A DNA stretch of 64,000 nucleotides from an uncultured Alphaproteobacteria bacterium (GTDB lineage Bacteria; Pseudomonadota; Alphaproteobacteria; Rhizobiales; Rhodomicrobiaceae), in assembly GCA_963731855.1 (NCBI GenBank), contig CAVSXH010000002.1, positions 2,747 to 66,746 of the forward strand. Direction: 5' to 3'. Under the pieces are notes generated by a model. The model made no database searches. It worked only from the letters and a program-made list of their open reading frames with translations, and was not told where the DNA came from. Shown here piece by piece: positions 54,426 through 63,668 of this stretch. Each line of letters opens with the position of its first letter. The first letter of the stretch is position 1. The translations under genes and the position numbers were made by a program.

Positions 54426-54457
54426 GAAACGGGCGCTCCAGGAGGGCGCCCGTTTTC
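54426..54457. terminator. Probable bidirectional terminator
   Basis: AAACGGGCGC...GCGCCCGTTTT hairpin downstream of the HNH stop. Confidence 0.7.
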
Positions 54458-54486
54458 ACATTCAGATCGACCAAATATGAGCACGC

Positions 54487-55056
54487 CTACGGCTCCAGCT
54501 CGGTATCCCAATAAAGATAGTCCATCCAGCTCTGATGCAGATAGTTCGGCGGAAACAGCCGGCCATTGCGATGCAGCTCATGCACGGTCGGGCGGTACGG
54601 CGTCTGATAGGGCCACATCTTTGCCTTTTTGGGCATGTCGCCGCCCTTCCTCAGATTACAGGGGGCGCAGGCGGTGACCACATTGTCCCATCGCGTCAGC
54701 CCGCCCCGCGAGCGCGGAACGAGGTGATCGAAGGTCAAATCCTCCAGGTCGCCGCAATATTGGCAGCTGAAACGGTCGCGCAGGAACACATTGAAGCGCG
54801 TGAAAGCCGGATAAAGCGCGGGCCGCACATAGATCTTCAGCGAAACCACGCTAGGCAGCTTCATCTCGAAAGTCGGACTGTGCACTGCCTTGTCGTATTG
54901 TGAGACAATGTTCACGCGGTCCAAGAAGACCGCCTTCACGGTATCCTGCCAGCTCCATAGGGAGAGGGGGTAGTAGCTGAGCGGGCGGTAATCCGCGTTG
55001 AGAACAAGGGCCGGATAGGCCTCAGGCGGCGATGATGCGGTTGCTACAGCGGTCAC
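54487..55056 (-). CDS. HNH endonuclease (McrA-like)
   Basis: ALVLNADY, RD.F.CQYCG, TFDHLVPRSRGG, NVVTAC..CN..KG. Confidence 0.93.
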   Translation of the reverse strand: MTAVATASSPPEAYPALVLNADYRPLSYYPLSLWSWQDTVKAVFLDRVNIVSQYDKAVHSPTFEMKLPSVVSLKIYVRPALYPAFTRFNVFLRDRFSCQYCGDLEDLTFDHLVPRSRGGLTRWDNVVTACAPCNLRKGGDMPKKAKMWPYQTPYRPTVHELHRNGRLFPPNYLHQSWMDYLYWDTELEP

Positions 55057-55287
55057 GTCTGCCTTTCCTGACGGTTAACCCGTTAGCCTTTGCAGTCACG
55101 TTCGCACTACGTCGCATGGGTAGGGATACTATAGCTCTGTTTCAGTTCTGTGAAGACCCCTTGGCGGCGCGGCTGATAACGTCGCGCCGATTGCATTTGC
55201 CTCGCGCTGGGGAACGCGAAAATTCCCGCCGGGTTTCCTCCCGTGACAGTGGGACGCCCTTCTCTCACGAGCAGCCAGGAGAAAGAT

Positions 55288-55638
55288 ATGAGCAAATCGG
55301 CAAAAGGTCAGGCAACGATCGCGCGGATCTGGCGCGGACGAACAAAGCGGGATATCGCGGACCGCTATGCGAGCTACCTTTATGACGAAGGCATCAAGCC
55401 GTTGGAAGAGAAGGCGCTTGGCGTCCAGCTCTTTCGCGAGGACCATGAAACAGAGAGCGAATTTGTCACCATTTCCTATTGGGCGAGCGTGGAGGCTATG
55501 TCGAGCTTTACCGGGGGCGACCCAACTCGCATTCACCATCTCGACCGCGACCCGGAGTTCCTGATCGAACTGCCCGACCGGGTGCAGATTCTGACTATTA
55601 TCACCGCCAGCGGGAATAGCGGCGGCAATCAGAGCTAG
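55288..55638 (+). CDS. Dimeric alpha-beta barrel (ABM-like) protein
   Basis: IARIWRG, EFVTISYW; AGGAG RBS. Confidence 0.75.
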   Translation: MSKSAKGQATIARIWRGRTKRDIADRYASYLYDEGIKPLEEKALGVQLFREDHETESEFVTISYWASVEAMSSFTGGDPTRIHHLDRDPEFLIELPDRVQILTIITASGNSGGNQS

Positions 55639-55748
55639 CGCAGCCGGCATTTTGGGCTGACTATTTTGCGAGGCGTCTTTTTCTGGGCTAAAGCTCAGTA
55701 TAAAAAGCGCAAGTGGCAATGTGATCTCGGGGTGAGTGGGAGAGTCCG

Positions 55749-56042
55749 ATGGGTGTCGAAGACGCGGCGCAGCGGCGCCATGAGGAATTCATACGCCAGC
55801 AGCATGAGCGCAGCCTGGCCAATGCCTCAATGCAGACGAACAGCGCGGCCGCAGAGCTGATCGCCGAGCGCATCGCCGCGAAGCTCGCAGAGCAGAACGA
55901 CATCATATACCAGATCGGCCAGAAGCAGGGACGGACGAGCTTCATCGCCTATCTGTCGCTGGCGGTCGCGGCGGTGGCTGCGCTCGGGCAAGTGCTCGGC
56001 CCCGTGTGGCAGTGGCCTGTTTTCAGGGGTATGTTCGGGTAG
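55749..56042 (+). CDS. Small hypothetical protein with C-terminal TM helix
   Basis: GGGAG RBS; helical N-terminal part and hydrophobic tail. Confidence 0.55.
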   Translation: MGVEDAAQRRHEEFIRQQHERSLANASMQTNSAAAELIAERIAAKLAEQNDIIYQIGQKQGRTSFIAYLSLAVAAVAALGQVLGPVWQWPVFRGMFG

Positions 56043-56074
56043 GGGGACCAACCGGCCCCCCAACTTATGCCTGA

Positions 56075-56413
56075 TCAGCGCTCCAGAAAGGACCGGAGCC
56101 GGGCCAAGGCATCGTCCCATTGCCGCGAAACGTTGTCGAGATACGCCTGCAGCTCGACGATCGGTTCGGGCCTGAAGGCGAACTGACTTTCCCGCCCGAC
56201 GCGCGTGCTGCTGACCAGCCCGGCGTTTTCCAGCACCCGAAGATGCTTGGTGATGGCTTGCCGCGTAAGCCTTGTATCCGCTGAAAGCCCTGCGATCGAT
56301 CGCGTTTGGCCGTCGCTCAGTTTCGTCAAAAGAGAGAGACGGGTAGGGTCGCCGAGCGCGGCGAATACCGGTGCCGGATTCGTTTCGCGGGCGGAAGCTC
56401 TAGCGCTCAACAT
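56075..56413 (-). CDS. ArsR/SmtB family transcriptional regulator
   Basis: FAALGDPTR, TRQAITKHLRVLE.AGLV. Confidence 0.92.
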   Translation of the reverse strand: MLSARASARETNPAPVFAALGDPTRLSLLTKLSDGQTRSIAGLSADTRLTRQAITKHLRVLENAGLVSSTRVGRESQFAFRPEPIVELQAYLDNVSRQWDDALARLRSFLER

Positions 56414-56846
56414 AAGCTTGGATGTTCCTCATTTGCGCCGCCCAGCCGCCTTCGTTCATGCGGAAGGCCTCCGACCTGCGGTGGCTCGGCACAGCCGCGA
56501 AGCCGGACTCGACAACAGTCAAACGTGTTCCTTTGGGTGTCGGCTCAAGCCGGAATTCGACAAGCGTCGGCGTCTCGTCAGAGTAATCGGCATCGGCATC
56601 AACGGCATAGGGATGCCATGTGAACGAGAATAATCGCCGGGGCTCCATCTGCTTGATTGTGGCTTCCCATTTGCAGTGCTCGTAGCCGGAGTGGGTTATG
56701 CGGCCAGTTGAAACCTCACCTAGCACGAAGGGACCATCCAACTTCACCCGGAACCATGCGCCAAACTCATTGTGATCGGTCAGCGCGAGCCAAACCTTCT
56801 CAACAGGGGCATTCAATTCAACGGTCTTTTCGATACGATCTGACAT
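56400..56846 (-). CDS. SRPBCC/AHSA1 family protein
   Basis: APVEKVW.ALTD, FTWHPY, T.LTVVESGF, NEGGW; AGGAGG RBS. Confidence 0.92.
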   Translation of the reverse strand: MSDRIEKTVELNAPVEKVWLALTDHNEFGAWFRVKLDGPFVLGEVSTGRITHSGYEHCKWEATIKQMEPRRLFSFTWHPYAVDADADYSDETPTLVEFRLEPTPKGTRLTVVESGFAAVPSHRRSEAFRMNEGGWAAQMRNIQAYVER

Positions 56847-56850
56847 ATGT

Positions 56851-56913
56851 GCAACCTCCTGGTTGCGCATAAAATGGCAGATCGAATGAGGAAGCGCAAC
56901 CAAAAAGTTGCGC
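56851..56913. promoter_or_regulatory. Tandem palindromic operator, probable ArsR autoregulation
   Basis: GCAACC-TCCT-GGTTGC (56851-56866) and GCAACC-AAAA-AGTTGC (56896-56911). Confidence 0.65.
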
Positions 56914-56942
56914 GTCGTCGTCGAAACCTATCCGGCCGTGTC

Positions 56943-57926
56943 TCACGCGCGCTGATTTCTCAACGCGTCGGGATTAACGACATTGATCGGCGTACCGGCG
57001 GCATAAGCCACGACTTGATCGAAGATGTCGGAGAACTGAATTTCATATTCCTCACGCGTGACATAGCCGATATGCGGCGTGCAGACGACATTGTCCATGT
57101 TGAGCAACGGATGCGATGGATCCCTGAGCGGCTCGTCTTCGAAGACATCGACCGCGGCCATTCCCGGCCGTCCAGCCCGCAGCGCCGCGACCAATGCGTC
57201 CGGCTCGATGAGAGGTGCCCGGCTTGTATTGACCAGCAGCGCGGTGGGCTTCATGCGCGCCAAATCCTCAGGCGTGACGATGCCGCGCGTCGCCTCCACC
57301 AGCCGGATATGCAGCGAGATCACGTCGCACGTGTCAAAAAAATCCGCCTTACTGTGCGCCGTCGCATATCCGTCGGCGTTAGCCTGCGCCCGCCCCGCCT
57401 CGCGCGCCCAGACCAGTACGTTCATACCAAAAGCACGGCCATAGCCGGCAACCGCGCAGCCAATTCTGCCATAACCGTAAATGCCGAGCGTTTTGCCGCG
57501 CAGCGTGTCGCCGACTCCGATCTGCCATTTCCCTGCCTTCAACGCTGCCATCTGCTGGGGAATCTGGCGCGCCGCCGCAAGCATCAGGCCCCAGGTCAAT
57601 TCCGCAGCGGCATAGGACGGTGCGTCGGCGTGCAGGTTTGAGGACACGATCACGCCAAGGCGCGTGCACGCGTCGACATCGATATGCGGATAGACGCTAC
57701 GCTGGCTGATCAGCCGCAGATCAGGCAGGCGTTCAAGCAGCGGCGCGGCGATTTTCGTGCGTTCGCGTATGAGCACGAGGGCTTCCGCATCCTGTAAGCG
57801 CTCGGCCAAAGCGCCTGTCTCCTGGACGTGGTCATTCCAGATGGTGACATCGTGGCCTTTGAGTTTCGCAAAACATGGCAGCCCGCGCAGCGTGTCGAAA
57901 TAGTCGTCGAGGATGGAAATTTTCAT
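56943..57926 (-). CDS. D-2-hydroxyacid dehydrogenase family protein
   Basis: ILDDY, IRERT, GYGRIG, NTSRA, TPHIGY. Confidence 0.92.
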   Translation of the reverse strand: MKISILDDYFDTLRGLPCFAKLKGHDVTIWNDHVQETGALAERLQDAEALVLIRERTKIAAPLLERLPDLRLISQRSVYPHIDVDACTRLGVIVSSNLHADAPSYAAAELTWGLMLAAARQIPQQMAALKAGKWQIGVGDTLRGKTLGIYGYGRIGCAVAGYGRAFGMNVLVWAREAGRAQANADGYATAHSKADFFDTCDVISLHIRLVEATRGIVTPEDLARMKPTALLVNTSRAPLIEPDALVAALRAGRPGMAAVDVFEDEPLRDPSHPLLNMDNVVCTPHIGYVTREEYEIQFSDIFDQVVAYAAGTPINVVNPDALRNQRA

Positions 57927-57991
57927 GCCCAGCTCTCGCCATCATATGAGCCTCAATAACAAAATCGGCGCCCGGAGGATAGGCGTACCCT

Positions 57992-59335
57992 CTACAACCG
58001 CCCCACCTCGGCGAGGACCTCCTCTATCCTCCCAACAAGTTCATCCGCATGGGCCTTGGTGACGCAGAGAGGCGGCCTGATCTTCAGAACGTTGCCGAAG
58101 CGGCCCGCCGCACCGATGAGAATGCCGCGCTCGCGCAGGCCGTTGATCATTGCCGTCGCGAGGTCTGGGTCCGGCGTGTTGACGTTGGCGTCACGCGAAA
58201 ATTCCACGCCGAGATATAGTCCGGCCCCCCGCACGGCGGTGATCACCGGATGGCGGGTGCTCAACTCCAGCAGGTGCCCGCCGAGATGGGCGCCGACGAC
58301 GGACGCGTTTTCGATGAGGCCATCCTGCTGAATGACTTCAAGCACCGCAAGCCCCGCTGCGGCGGCAGCAGGCGATGCCGCGAATGTGTTGAAATAGCCG
58401 AAATCCTCGGCGAAGGCGCTGAGCAGCGCGGGACTCGTCACCACCCCCGCAAGCGGATAGCCGTTGCCCATCGGCTTGCCCATCGTCACGATATCCGGCT
58501 GCACGCCGTGGCGCGCAAAGCCCCACATCCCCGAGCCGGTCCGCCCGAAACCGGGCTGCACTTCGTCAGCGATGAACAGCCCGCCCGCCTTGCGCACCGC
58601 TTTTACCGCTGGAGCGAGAAAGCCGCGCGGATCGGCGAACACGCCGTCGCTGGAAAAGATGCTGTCGGCGATCAGCCCGGCAACGCGGATGCCGTCCTCC
58701 TGCATCGCGGCGATCGCATCGCGTACCGTCTTGGCGAAGCCGGTGCCAGGCTTGCCCGAGAAGCGGCGCGGATCGGGCGCGGGAACCGTACGTATATGCG
58801 GCGGTGGCGTGCCGGTTTTGTAGGATGAGGGCGAAATCTCGGTCACTGCGGCCGTATTGCCGTGATAGGCCGTCTCGGTGACGATGAAGCCGGTTCCGCC
58901 GCTCGCCTTTTTCGCGATCCGCAGCGCCAGGTCGTTGCTCTCGCTGCCGGTGCAGGTGAACACGATGTTCGAAAGCTCCGGCGGGAAAGTCGCCAGCAGC
59001 TTTTCGGCATAGTCGTGGACGGTATCGTGCAGATAGCGGGAGTGAATATTGATCTCGGCCAGCTGCTTGCAGACCGCTTCGACGACCTTTGGATGGGAAT
59101 GCCCCACGGTCGGCACATTATTGTAGAAGTCGAGATAGCGCCGCCCGTCCGACGCGTAGAGATAGGCGCCTTCAGCGCGCACCATCTTCAGCGGCTCGCG
59201 ATAGAACAGCACCGAAGACGCGCCGAAGGTTTTCATTCGCCTTTCGACCAGCGCCGCCATCGCATCGTCGAGTTCGCCGGGCAGCGCCTCGCGAAAGGCG
59301 TTCAGCGCCAGGATAGGGGTCGCCTGGGTTTTCAT
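57992..59335 (-). CDS. Class III PLP enzyme, AGXT2L/phospho-lyase-like
   Basis: YLDFYNNV..VGH, GSESNDLA, AYHG, DEVQPGFGR, MGKPMGNG, VLKIRPP. Confidence 0.88.
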   Translation of the reverse strand: MKTQATPILALNAFREALPGELDDAMAALVERRMKTFGASSVLFYREPLKMVRAEGAYLYASDGRRYLDFYNNVPTVGHSHPKVVEAVCKQLAEINIHSRYLHDTVHDYAEKLLATFPPELSNIVFTCTGSESNDLALRIAKKASGGTGFIVTETAYHGNTAAVTEISPSSYKTGTPPPHIRTVPAPDPRRFSGKPGTGFAKTVRDAIAAMQEDGIRVAGLIADSIFSSDGVFADPRGFLAPAVKAVRKAGGLFIADEVQPGFGRTGSGMWGFARHGVQPDIVTMGKPMGNGYPLAGVVTSPALLSAFAEDFGYFNTFAASPAAAAAGLAVLEVIQQDGLIENASVVGAHLGGHLLELSTRHPVITAVRGAGLYLGVEFSRDANVNTPDPDLATAMINGLRERGILIGAAGRFGNVLKIRPPLCVTKAHADELVGRIEEVLAEVGRL

Positions 59336-61077
59336 GAGCTGCCGCTCCCGGCGCGGGCCGCCGCTTCGGCGTGTTCGGCAAGAAACGCGCGGCCCAGCGC
59401 CACCGTGCCCCGCGTATAGGCTTCGCCTGTCTGCTGCGCCATGGGTGTCTCCGAATGCGAGGCGATCCAGGCGGTCAGTAGCATTCGCCGCAGCATGATG
59501 AAGGTGGGGATGATGGCCGCGTCAGCGTCCGAAAGCGGCGCGACCGTCCGGTAGCCGGCGATCCAGGCGTCGAGCAGCTCGGGGATATAAGGCTCATGCT
59601 CGAGGAAGCTGATCGCGGCGGCGAAGTCGTAGAGATACCAGCTGAAGCCGCAATCGTCGAAATCGATCACTGACAGCCGTTCCCCATCGATGATCAGATT
59701 GGCGAGGCGCAGATCGGCATGGACCAGGCCGAATTTCTCGGAATCCGCGCCGTAGGCGGCAAGGCGCTGGCGCAACATCGCCGCCACCTCTTCCAGGACG
59801 CGACGGTCTTCGGGCGTGAGGCCCAGACCCTCACGCCAATCGCCCCAGAGCGGTGTGTCGCCCAACGTCGTGCGGAAATTCCAGGTCTTGCGGATGAAGC
59901 CTTTCGGCGGTGTCCACGACCGGCTGTGGGCGTGCAGCCGCGCGTTTACCGCGCCAAGTTCACGGAACCAGGCGGCCAGGCCGCTTGCCTCGTCGGGTTC
60001 CTTGCCGGGCAGGAATTCGAAGGCCACGACATGGCGGATCGTGCCCGCGTCCTCGATATCGGCAATCAGCGTGCCATCGGTTTGCGCTACGGGCGTCAGG
60101 GTCTTGATGATGCCCTCGCGGTTCAAGGCCGCGAGCCAGGCGAGTTCGGAGGCGATCTCCTCGCGCGTATGATAGCCCTGCCTGTGGACGCGAAACACGA
60201 CGTCGCGAGCCGATGCTGGCTCCCGCGCACGAAAGGTCGCGTTTTCGGAAACCGTCAGCAGCGCCAGCTCCGTGTCGTCGCCGAATCCCCAGCGCGGCAA
60301 AGCGGTGCGCAGACCGCTCTCCAACTGGCCGATGAAATCCTCGTTATACATCGGGTCCCCTCCCACGCGCTCGCCCTTGTTGCCCAGCCCCATGAGCGTC
60401 TTGAGGTCGGCAAGCGCCATGACGTTGCAGTAGATCATGTTGATGATCTCCAGCTCGCGAGCATGCAGCTCGTCCGCTCCCGCCGCGCAAGCATCCTCCA
60501 GCACGACGACATCGAAGCTTTCGTCGGCGAGGCTGCGTACCGTCGACGAGACGCATTGATCGGTGAATACGCCGACACAGATGACCGTCTTAATGCCGAG
60601 ATTGTTGAGGATCAGCCGCAGATTGGTGCCGGTTAGCGCGCTGTCGGTGGTCTTGGTGACGACGATCTCGTCCCCTCGCGGCGCGAGCGCGTCGACGATC
60701 TGCGAGGCGTGCTCGTCCTTGGGCAGCAGGATATTGTTGAAGCCCGGCTTTTTCTGGCTGAGCGAGCGATCGGCGCCGTCCTCCTTGTGACAGGCGATCC
60801 GCGCGAAAATGCAATGGATGCCGCGCGCCCGGAACGCGCTAAGCAGCTCCGCGATATTGGGGATGACGGTCTGCGTCAGCCGATCGTAGAACGGCGTCCA
60901 GCCGTCATAATGCGACCGTTCCCGCTCCGTCGCGAGCCTGTCCGGGTCGGGCCGCGCCAGATAGACATTCTGCACGTCGATGACGAGCAGCGCTGTCGTC
61001 GCGGGGTCGAGTGGCGGATTCTCGGGTTCCTCGGCCAGCTCGTAATAGAAGGAACGGTTTTTGGTCTTCCACGACAT
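59332..61077 (-). CDS. Cysteine hydrolase (isochorismatase family) in frame with an APH/type II homoserine kinase-like phosphotransferase
   Basis: N-half IDVQN, KTTDSA, TDQCV (D-K-C triad); C-half SENATF, HADLRLAN, IDFDD; internal RBS and ATG at 60351. Confidence 0.85.
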   Translation of the reverse strand: MSWKTKNRSFYYELAEEPENPPLDPATTALLVIDVQNVYLARPDPDRLATERERSHYDGWTPFYDRLTQTVIPNIAELLSAFRARGIHCIFARIACHKEDGADRSLSQKKPGFNNILLPKDEHASQIVDALAPRGDEIVVTKTTDSALTGTNLRLILNNLGIKTVICVGVFTDQCVSSTVRSLADESFDVVVLEDACAAGADELHARELEIINMIYCNVMALADLKTLMGLGNKGERVGGDPMYNEDFIGQLESGLRTALPRWGFGDDTELALLTVSENATFRAREPASARDVVFRVHRQGYHTREEIASELAWLAALNREGIIKTLTPVAQTDGTLIADIEDAGTIRHVVAFEFLPGKEPDEASGLAAWFRELGAVNARLHAHSRSWTPPKGFIRKTWNFRTTLGDTPLWGDWREGLGLTPEDRRVLEEVAAMLRQRLAAYGADSEKFGLVHADLRLANLIIDGERLSVIDFDDCGFSWYLYDFAAAISFLEHEPYIPELLDAWIAGYRTVAPLSDADAAIIPTFIMLRRMLLTAWIASHSETPMAQQTGEAYTRGTVALGRAFLAEHAEAAARAGSGSS

Positions 61078-61982
61078 CAGACGCCCTTTCCCCCGTCGCT
61101 ACGGTTGCGTCCGAGAAAGCCGAGAAGCGCGGCGTCATAGGCGGCGGGCTCCTCATAGAAAGGCGTGTGGCTGGAATTGGGAAACACCACCAGCTCCGCG
61201 CTCGCCAAATGCCGCTTCATGCGCGCGGCGCAAGCGGGTGTGATCTCGTCATGCAGTCCGACCGTGATCAGCACCGGCACGGTGATGCGGTGCAGGTCCG
61301 GCACGCGGTTCCAGTCCTTCAGATTGCCGATATAGAGGAATTCGTTCGGGCCCTGCATGGCCATATACGGCCCCATGTTCCAGTCATCCGCGGAGCGCTT
61401 GAGCGGCGCCGGCCAATCCTTGAGGCGGCAGACATGGCGGTAGGTGAGGAGCGTAATGGCGGCCTTATATTCGGGGTGGCCGTAGTTTTCTGCGGCTTCA
61501 TGCGCGAGCATCATTGCCGCGGTTTCGGAGCCGAGCGCTTCGCGCAGCCGATACATTTCCTGCATCAGATGCGGCAGGTCGGCGGCCGTATTCTCCAGGA
61601 TGAGCGTTTTCAGCGCTTGGGGATGCGTCAGCGCATATTCGACCGCCAGCCATCCGCCCCAGCTATGGCCGAGCAGATGCACCTTGCCCAGCCCGAGGGC
61701 GCTGCGCACCGCCTCAGTCTCCTCGACATAGCGGGTGATGGTCCAGAGCAGGGCGTCCTCCGGGCGGTCGGACGCGCCGCAGCCGAGCTGATCGAAGGCA
61801 ATGACTCGGTAGCCGTGACCCGCGAGAAATGAGTGCGCATCGCGCAGATAGTCGCAAGGCAGTCCCGGCCCGCCATTCAGACAGAACACCACGTCCTCGC
61901 CCGTTCCATAGGAATAGGCGACGATCCGGTGACCGGCGGCATTGATTTCGATCCGCTCGTCTGGCTCGCGTTCCTGCCACAT
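61077..61982 (-). CDS. Proline iminopeptidase/L-amino acid amidase family alpha/beta hydrolase
   Basis: GGPG, DQLGCG.S, GHSWGG, GPNEF, HDE, SH; GAGGAGG RBS. Confidence 0.9.
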   Translation of the reverse strand: MWQEREPDERIEINAAGHRIVAYSYGTGEDVVFCLNGGPGLPCDYLRDAHSFLAGHGYRVIAFDQLGCGASDRPEDALLWTITRYVEETEAVRSALGLGKVHLLGHSWGGWLAVEYALTHPQALKTLILENTAADLPHLMQEMYRLREALGSETAAMMLAHEAAENYGHPEYKAAITLLTYRHVCRLKDWPAPLKRSADDWNMGPYMAMQGPNEFLYIGNLKDWNRVPDLHRITVPVLITVGLHDEITPACAARMKRHLASAELVVFPNSSHTPFYEEPAAYDAALLGFLGRNRSDGGKGV

Positions 61983-62053
61983 GCCGGACGCCTCCTCCCC
62001 TTGCCTCTGTCCGTTCGCGCGGACTAAGCTCAATCTTTTGGCTCGAGCATGCT

Positions 62054-62869
62054 CTAACCCACGCGCGGCGGCGCAATCGTGACCTCGACGCGCGCCCGCT
62101 CCAGCGCGCGGCTCACCGCACCTGCCGGTTCCCGGTCCGTGACCAGCCGCTGCACTTCATGCATGCGCGCCCAGATCGCCAGCGCGGGCACGTCGAACTT
62201 CATATGATCGACCAGCACGATGGTCTCCGCCGCCCGGTTTACCATCGCCTTATAGACCGAGGCCGCGTCGGCCTCCGCGTCGGCCAGGCCCTCCGCCGTC
62301 ATACCGGTGACGCTGAGTATCGTCCGGTTGACGTTGTAGGATTGCAGAAAGTCGATGGTCTCAGCGCCGGTCATGTTGCCTTCGCGCCCATTATAACGGC
62401 CGGGGCACATGATCACGCGGATGGTCGGATTATCGGAGAGCGCCATCGCGACGCTGAAGGAATGCGCGAGCACGCAAAGGTCCCGGCATTCCGCGGCTAT
62501 CCGGCGCGCAACATGGGTGGTCGTTGCGCCTGCGCCGATAGCGATCACTTCGCTGGGCTTGATGAATTTCACCGTCGCGGCAGCCATGGCCTCGCGCTCG
62601 CGGATCATAAGCCGATGACGTTCGGTGAGTGAAGGTTCGGTGCCGAAGGGCCGGACCGCGCCGCCATACGTCCGATCGATCAGGCCGCGCTCTTCCAGCT
62701 CGTAGAGGTCGCGCCGGATCGTCTCGGTCGAGACCTGGAGATCGGCGGCCAGATCGCCGACCCTGAGCCGGGACGTCGCCATCATCTCGGCGAGAATACG
62801 CTCATGGCGCTCCTTCTTGCCGAGCCGCCCCCGTCCCTCCGCGACCGGTATCGCGCGCGTATCGATCAT
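62054..62869 (-). CDS. DeoR/GlpR family transcriptional regulator
   Basis: VSTETIRRDL, RTYGGA, GAGATT, DHMKF; ATGA overlap with the upstream permease. Confidence 0.92.
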   Translation of the reverse strand: MIDTRAIPVAEGRGRLGKKERHERILAEMMATSRLRVGDLAADLQVSTETIRRDLYELEERGLIDRTYGGAVRPFGTEPSLTERHRLMIREREAMAAATVKFIKPSEVIAIGAGATTTHVARRIAAECRDLCVLAHSFSVAMALSDNPTIRVIMCPGRYNGREGNMTGAETIDFLQSYNVNRTILSVTGMTAEGLADAEADAASVYKAMVNRAAETIVLVDHMKFDVPALAIWARMHEVQRLVTDREPAGAVSRALERARVEVTIAPPRVG

Positions 62870-63666
62870 GCGGACCGCCTCATTCTCATGAGATAGCCGA
62901 TCAGGCCGCCGCTCAGCAGAATGGCGGCGGCGCCGAGTGTCGCCATCGTTCCAAGCACGGGCACCATGGGCGTGTATCCGGCGACCATCTTTGCGTAGAG
63001 CCATTCGGGCACGGTGCTGTCCGCGCCGGTGGTGTAGAGCGACAGCGGGAAATTGCTCCAGGAGAGGAGGAATGCGAACAGCATCCCCGACCAGATGCCC
63101 GGCCAGAGCAGCGGCAAGGTAATTTCGCGCAGCACCTGCCAGCGGGTCGCGCCAAGATCGAATGCGGCCTCTTCGAGCGCTGGATCGAAGCCGTACACCT
63201 GAATGGCCATCACGAGCGTGACGACGGGCACTATCCAGACGAGATGGGCAAACACCGCCGTCATCCAGGTCGGCTGAATCCCCATGGCGTTGAACCACAG
63301 GAGCAGCGCAAGGCCGAGCACCGGCTGCGGGAAGAAGATCGGCAGCAGAATGGCCTTCTGAAACAGGCGGCGCCCCCGCCAGTCGTAACGCGCGAATGCG
63401 AGCGCGCCGAAAAAGGCGATGACGACAGCGATCGCCGTTACGAGCGCCGCCACCAGGATCGACGTGCGCACGATCTGGCCGATCTCGATGGAGTCGAAGG
63501 TTTTCAGCCACCAATCGGTCGAATAGGCGGGGACGGGAAAGGCGAAATAACGGCTCTTGGAGAAACCGGCGAGCACGCCGCACAGCAGCGGCAGATAAAT
63601 TGCCGTGACGACGAAGAGCGTCCAACCCCAGATGAGCGCGTGGGTGCGCTGCCTTGCCCGCCCCAT
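62866..63666 (-). CDS. ABC permease (PotC-like)
   Basis: IYLPL, LEEAAFDLGA EAA loop, FLLSW. Confidence 0.9.
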   Translation of the reverse strand: MGRARQRTHALIWGWTLFVVTAIYLPLLCGVLAGFSKSRYFAFPVPAYSTDWWLKTFDSIEIGQIVRTSILVAALVTAIAVVIAFFGALAFARYDWRGRRLFQKAILLPIFFPQPVLGLALLLWFNAMGIQPTWMTAVFAHLVWIVPVVTLVMAIQVYGFDPALEEAAFDLGATRWQVLREITLPLLWPGIWSGMLFAFLLSWSNFPLSLYTTGADSTVPEWLYAKMVAGYTPMVPVLGTMATLGAAAILLSGGLIGYLMRMRRSA

Positions 63667-63668
63667 GC

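Noticed and set aside
54487-55056. HNH nuclease as a defence or mobile system
   Set aside because: It resembles a widespread stand-alone alphaproteobacterial HNH family; no methylase, integrase or phage genes are adjacent.
62030-62057. Possible fourth copy of the palindromic repeat at the DeoR stop (TTAGAGCATG)
   Set aside because: Only about 10 nt match; the core motif and hairpins are absent.
62054-63625. 523 aa DeoR ORF with a long N-terminal extension
   Set aside because: The extension is an alternate frame over the permease; the true start at 62869 overlaps the permease stop (ATGA).
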